The translations under genes and the position numbers were made by a program. DNA of 64,000 nucleotides from Candidatus Thorarchaeota archaeon (GTDB lineage Archaea > Asgardarchaeota > Thorarchaeia > Thorarchaeales > Thorarchaeaceae). Below the pieces are notes generated by a model. The model saw nothing but the letters and a program-made list of their open reading frames with translations, searched no databases and had not been told where the DNA came from. Positions 60,739 to 64,000 of this stretch are shown in pieces. The DNA is taken from assembly GCA_011364985.1 (NCBI GenBank), contig RDOC01000003.1:1-64000 (forward strand), given 5' to 3'. Positions within the stretch are counted from its first letter, which is position 1. Each line of letters starts with the position of its first letter.

Positions 60739-61068
60739 ATGAGCGACGAAGAACTTGATGAGATTCGGCAACGTAAACTTGCTGCGATACGCAATCAAGC
60801 TCTCGATGAACAGGCACAAGAGCAAGCATCTGCTGAGGCACAAGCGCAAAAAGAAGCGATCCTTCGGCAGATACTGACTCCCGAAGCCAGGTCAAGACTT
60901 ACTAACATCAGAATGGTACGACCCCAGCTGGCTGAGCAAGTTGAGATGCAGCTCATTCAGCTAGCAGGAGCCGGAAGACTCCGAGCAAGGGTCACTGATC
61001 AACAACTCAAGGCGCTCCTTCAGCAACTTCAGGGGAAGGAACGGGAACGAAAGATCTCATTTAGATAG
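60739..61068 (+). CDS. PDCD5-family dsDNA-binding protein
   Basis: ELDEIRQRKL, ILRQILTPEARSRL. Confidence 0.93.
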   Translation: MSDEELDEIRQRKLAAIRNQALDEQAQEQASAEAQAQKEAILRQILTPEARSRLTNIRMVRPQLAEQVEMQLIQLAGAGRLRARVTDQQLKALLQQLQGKERERKISFR

Positions 61069-61088
61069 AGATGCTATAGGTGATAATA

Positions 61089-61244
61089 ATGGCACGAAAT
61101 AAGCCTCTCGCAAAGAAGCTCCGGATGGCACGGGCAATGAAGAGTAACTCCTCTGTACCCACATGGGCAATTGTGAAGACCGGCGGCAAAGTCAGAAGGA
61201 CTCCAAAGCAGCGGAACTGGCGTCAGTCCAAACTCAAACCATAA
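61089..61244 (+). CDS. rpl39e: Ribosomal protein eL39 (51 aa; not in ORF track)
   Basis: [31 protein letters not shown]...[10 protein letters not shown]. Confidence 0.95.
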   Translation: MARNKPLAKKLRMARAMKSNSSVPTWAIVKTGGKVRRTPKQRNWRQSKLKP

Positions 61245-61260
61245 TCAGGTGTGCTGTGCA

Positions 61261-61665
61261 ATGAAGGAAGAGAATGAATTGGAGGAAATCCAAGAGACCG
61301 AAGAGGTAGAGGAAGAGCTCGTGGAGATGGAAGACATCGAAGCTCTTGATGAAAAGAGGTTACCAGCCGAAGAGGTCGCTCCAGCAGAGGTCATTCCCGA
61401 GGAGGAAATTGTTGATGAGAGAATCTACACTGTTCCACTTAGGAAAGCATATTGGACTGGTAGTAGACTGAGAAGAGCCAATAGATCTGTCAGAATAGTC
61501 AGACAATTCGTGGAAAGGCATATGAAACCTGAAGAGATTGTACTTCAATCAGAAGTAAACGAACGAATTTGGTCACGAGGCATCCAAAAGCCGCCCCGCA
61601 GAATACGCATTCGTGCCACTAAAAACTCTGATAATCTTGTCCGGGTGTATTTGGCGGAGGGATAG
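61261..61665 (+). CDS. rpl31e: Ribosomal protein eL31 with an acidic N-terminal extension
   Basis: ERIYTVPLR, VNERIWSRGIQKPPRRIRI. Confidence 0.95.
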   Translation: MKEENELEEIQETEEVEEELVEMEDIEALDEKRLPAEEVAPAEVIPEEEIVDERIYTVPLRKAYWTGSRLRRANRSVRIVRQFVERHMKPEEIVLQSEVNERIWSRGIQKPPRRIRIRATKNSDNLVRVYLAEG

Positions 61666-61671
61666 TCCCAT

Positions 61672-62337
61672 ATGATCGCCCGAACGGACTTCGAGGGCGA
61701 TTCTAATGTAGGAGCCTTTGGAATTGCCACAGACAAGTTTGTGTTCATATCACCGAATATGTCAAAGAAGTCTATTGAATCAATAGAACGGGTTTTCAAT
61801 TTACCACTCGTACAAACCACCATAGCTACACTGGATGTTGTGGGACTAGTTTGTGTTGCCAACTCCAATGGAATACTTGTTCCGTACACTACCGGTGACG
61901 AGGAGCTTGCAGAACTCAAGAAGTACTCAGAGTTTGAAGTCGATTGGATAGACAGCAAAATGACAGCCCTTGGAAACATTGTGACCACCAATGACAAGGG
62001 AGCAATATGCCATCCTGATTTTGACGTCAAAGCGCGCAAAAGAATGGCGGATGTACTAGACGTTGAAATCCTTCCTGGTAGCGTGGCCGGACTTCCCATT
62101 GTTGGTGCAAGCACAATCATTACGAATAATGGAGCTGTTGTTCATCCATTGGCACGGGATGAAGAGATTGAACAGATATCACAGCTGTTAAAAGTACATG
62201 TTGAAGTGGGCACTGTGAACAGAGGCAGTCCGTACACCAGTCTTGGTGTCATGGCCAACATTGATGGTATGATTGCTGGAACGGACACGACAGGTGTGGA
62301 ATTAGCACACATTAGTCAGGTTCTAGGATTTGTATGA
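61672..62337 (+). CDS. eif6: Translation initiation factor aIF-6
   Basis: ANSNGILVP, ALGNIV..ND.GA, GTVNRG. Confidence 0.95.
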   Translation: MIARTDFEGDSNVGAFGIATDKFVFISPNMSKKSIESIERVFNLPLVQTTIATLDVVGLVCVANSNGILVPYTTGDEELAELKKYSEFEVDWIDSKMTALGNIVTTNDKGAICHPDFDVKARKRMADVLDVEILPGSVAGLPIVGASTIITNNGAVVHPLARDEEIEQISQLLKVHVEVGTVNRGSPYTSLGVMANIDGMIAGTDTTGVELAHISQVLGFV

Positions 62338-62348
62338 GGTGTTTGAAT

Positions 62349-62591
62349 ATGAGCTCAAAGATATGGAGAGCAACTGGCGAATACGGTAAGAAACGGAGAA
62401 GATTCAGATTCATGAAAGAAATGATTGCCATGAAGGAGGCTCATGTTCGTGAGCGATTGTACTCGGAGATTGGCAGTCGTCATCGTGTGAAGAGAAAGGA
62501 TATCACAATTGAAGAAGTTGTTGAGATACAGCCAGAGGAGCTTCGTGACCTAGACCTGAGAAGGATTCTTGGTGTGGAGAGCGAACTATAA
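62349..62591 (+). CDS. rpl18a: Ribosomal protein eL20 (LX/L18a)
   Basis: LYSEIGSRHRVKR..I.I; operon position. Confidence 0.92.
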   Translation: MSSKIWRATGEYGKKRRRFRFMKEMIAMKEAHVRERLYSEIGSRHRVKRKDITIEEVVEIQPEELRDLDLRRILGVESEL

Positions 62592-63031
62592 TGAGCCAAG
62601 AACAGCAGAAGGCTCTTGAATCACTCTATGTAGAAAGACAACTTACGGAATCGAACATCAGCTTGCTACAACAACGCCTTGAATTCTCACAAGTCCTACT
62701 AAATAGCTACAGAACAGGGTTCATGGTTCTTGAAGAACTTGAAGCTAAGAAGAAGGATGAAGAGATGCTGATGAACGTCGGAGGCGGCATCTTTGTTCCA
62801 GCTCGGCTAGTCAATCCCGAGAGGATTATGCGGACACTAGGTAGTGGGATAAGGATCGAACAAGGGTTGGAAGAGGCCAAGAAAGGAATCGAAACGGCTA
62901 TCACTTCCCTTGAAAACCAGTATAAGCAGCTTGCAGAAGAGCATGACAAAATGGTGGCTCATCTAAATCGAGTAAACGCTCAGATGAACCAACTAGTGGA
63001 AGCGATTCAAGGACAGAGCAGGGAGGGATAA
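62591..63031 (+). CDS. pfdA: Prefoldin alpha subunit
   Basis: Coiled coil - VGGGIFV..LGSGIRIE - coiled coil. Confidence 0.92.
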   Translation: MSQEQQKALESLYVERQLTESNISLLQQRLEFSQVLLNSYRTGFMVLEELEAKKKDEEMLMNVGGGIFVPARLVNPERIMRTLGSGIRIEQGLEEAKKGIETAITSLENQYKQLAEEHDKMVAHLNRVNAQMNQLVEAIQGQSREG

Positions 63032-63034
63032 CCC

Positions 63035-63943
63035 TTGTTCGACAATCTTCGAACAGCGGTTGATTCTGCCGTAACCAAAGCAACAACAAAGGAACTGAAT
63101 GAAAAGAACCTCTCGGATGCTATCTGGGCACTTCAAATGGTTCTAATTCAGAATGATGTTGCTGTAGAGGTTGCAGAGTGTATTTGCAGCCTGACGAAAG
63201 AGAAGTTGATAGGTACTAGAGCAGGCCGGCTTGAGAATTTGAAACGGCTTTTCAAGACAGCAATATACGAGTCTGTACTTGAGGTTTTGACTCCAGAGCA
63301 TCCGTTAGACCCTGTTGAGATTGTGTCACAGAAAAAGAGCAAGGGCGAGCCAACAGTGATTCTCTTTGTTGGGGTTAATGGAACAGGGAAGACAACCACG
63401 CTAGCAAAGATGGCGAATATGTACAAACAGAAGGGCTTCTCGGTTGTCCTAGCCGCTGGAGATACTTTTAGGGCAGGCAGCATTGAGCAATTGCAAAGGC
63501 ATGCCGATGTACTGAATTTGAAACTCATTAAGCAGGATTATGGATCCGATGCTGCTGCTATTGCATACGATGCGATATCTCATGCACGTGCCAAGCATGT
63601 AGATGTGGTACTGATCGATTCCGCAGGAAGAATGCAAAGCAACAGGAACTTGATAGAAGAAATGAAGAAAATTGCTCGTGTGGCTGAACCGGACTTGAAG
63701 ATTTTTGTCGGAGACTCCCTGGCGGGGAATGACGCTCTTTCACAGGCAAGGGAGTTCAATGATGCTATCGGGATTGACGGAACCATACTTACGAAGGTTG
63801 ATGCGGACCCATCTGGCGGAGCAGCTCTTTCAGTAGCATTTGTCACAGGCAAACCAGTCATCTATGTCGGAGTTGGTCAGAAATACGATGACCTTCAACG
63901 TTTTGAACCGAAATGGTTTGCACAAAGACTTGTCGGCGAGTAG
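63035..63943 (+). CDS. ftsY: SRP receptor FtsY
   Basis: GVNGTGKTTT, DTFRAG, DSAGR, TKVD. Confidence 0.96.
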   Translation: MFDNLRTAVDSAVTKATTKELNEKNLSDAIWALQMVLIQNDVAVEVAECICSLTKEKLIGTRAGRLENLKRLFKTAIYESVLEVLTPEHPLDPVEIVSQKKSKGEPTVILFVGVNGTGKTTTLAKMANMYKQKGFSVVLAAGDTFRAGSIEQLQRHADVLNLKLIKQDYGSDAAAIAYDAISHARAKHVDVVLIDSAGRMQSNRNLIEEMKKIARVAEPDLKIFVGDSLAGNDALSQAREFNDAIGIDGTILTKVDADPSGGAALSVAFVTGKPVIYVGVGQKYDDLQRFEPKWFAQRLVGE

Positions 63944-64000
63944 TAGTAACAGTGGGCAGTTTTATTACAGAGCGCATTTTTATCCCCTTTAACCATTCAT

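Overview
Archaeal chromosomal segment, most likely an Asgard archaeon (Thorarchaeia-like). This is an inference from the eukaryote-type topoisomerase IB, the multi-intron tRNAs and the archaeal Nep1-Rpp21-YhbY-eS19-PDCD5-eL39-eL31-aIF6-eL20-prefoldin-FtsY block. Housekeeping genes alternate with four accessory regions. (1) 1-5.7 kb: a tandem array of start-less polymorphic cassettes that share a junction motif (DLSRHDPN..DGT..WxGPWP), each followed by a coupled membrane-protein gene; it resembles an orphan toxin-CT/immunity array. (2) 6.3-10.9 kb: a RiPP-like cluster whose 35-aa Cys-rich precursor (6929-7036) is missing from the ORF track, plus an HExxH peptidase, a radical SAM-SPASM enzyme, a PaaK-like adenylating enzyme, a V4R-like protein and a wHTH regulator. 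(3) 24-30.3 kb: an island 3' of a three-intron tRNA-Val, marked by decayed intron-less att-like repeats and carrying two paralogous ~750-aa DUF4332-tailed proteins. (4) 44.5-58.7 kb: a defence island bounded by complementary 5' and 3' fragments of a tRNA-Gly. It holds an m4C methyltransferase/endonuclease pair, a Zn-finger PD-(D/E)xK protein, an intact tRNA-Gly(TCC), a TnpB with the Fanzor-type rearranged RuvC site divergent from a 1525-aa nuclease, and a fused Schlafen/AlbA_2-APAZ-short Argonaute. All calls come from motif reading by eye; no searches were run.
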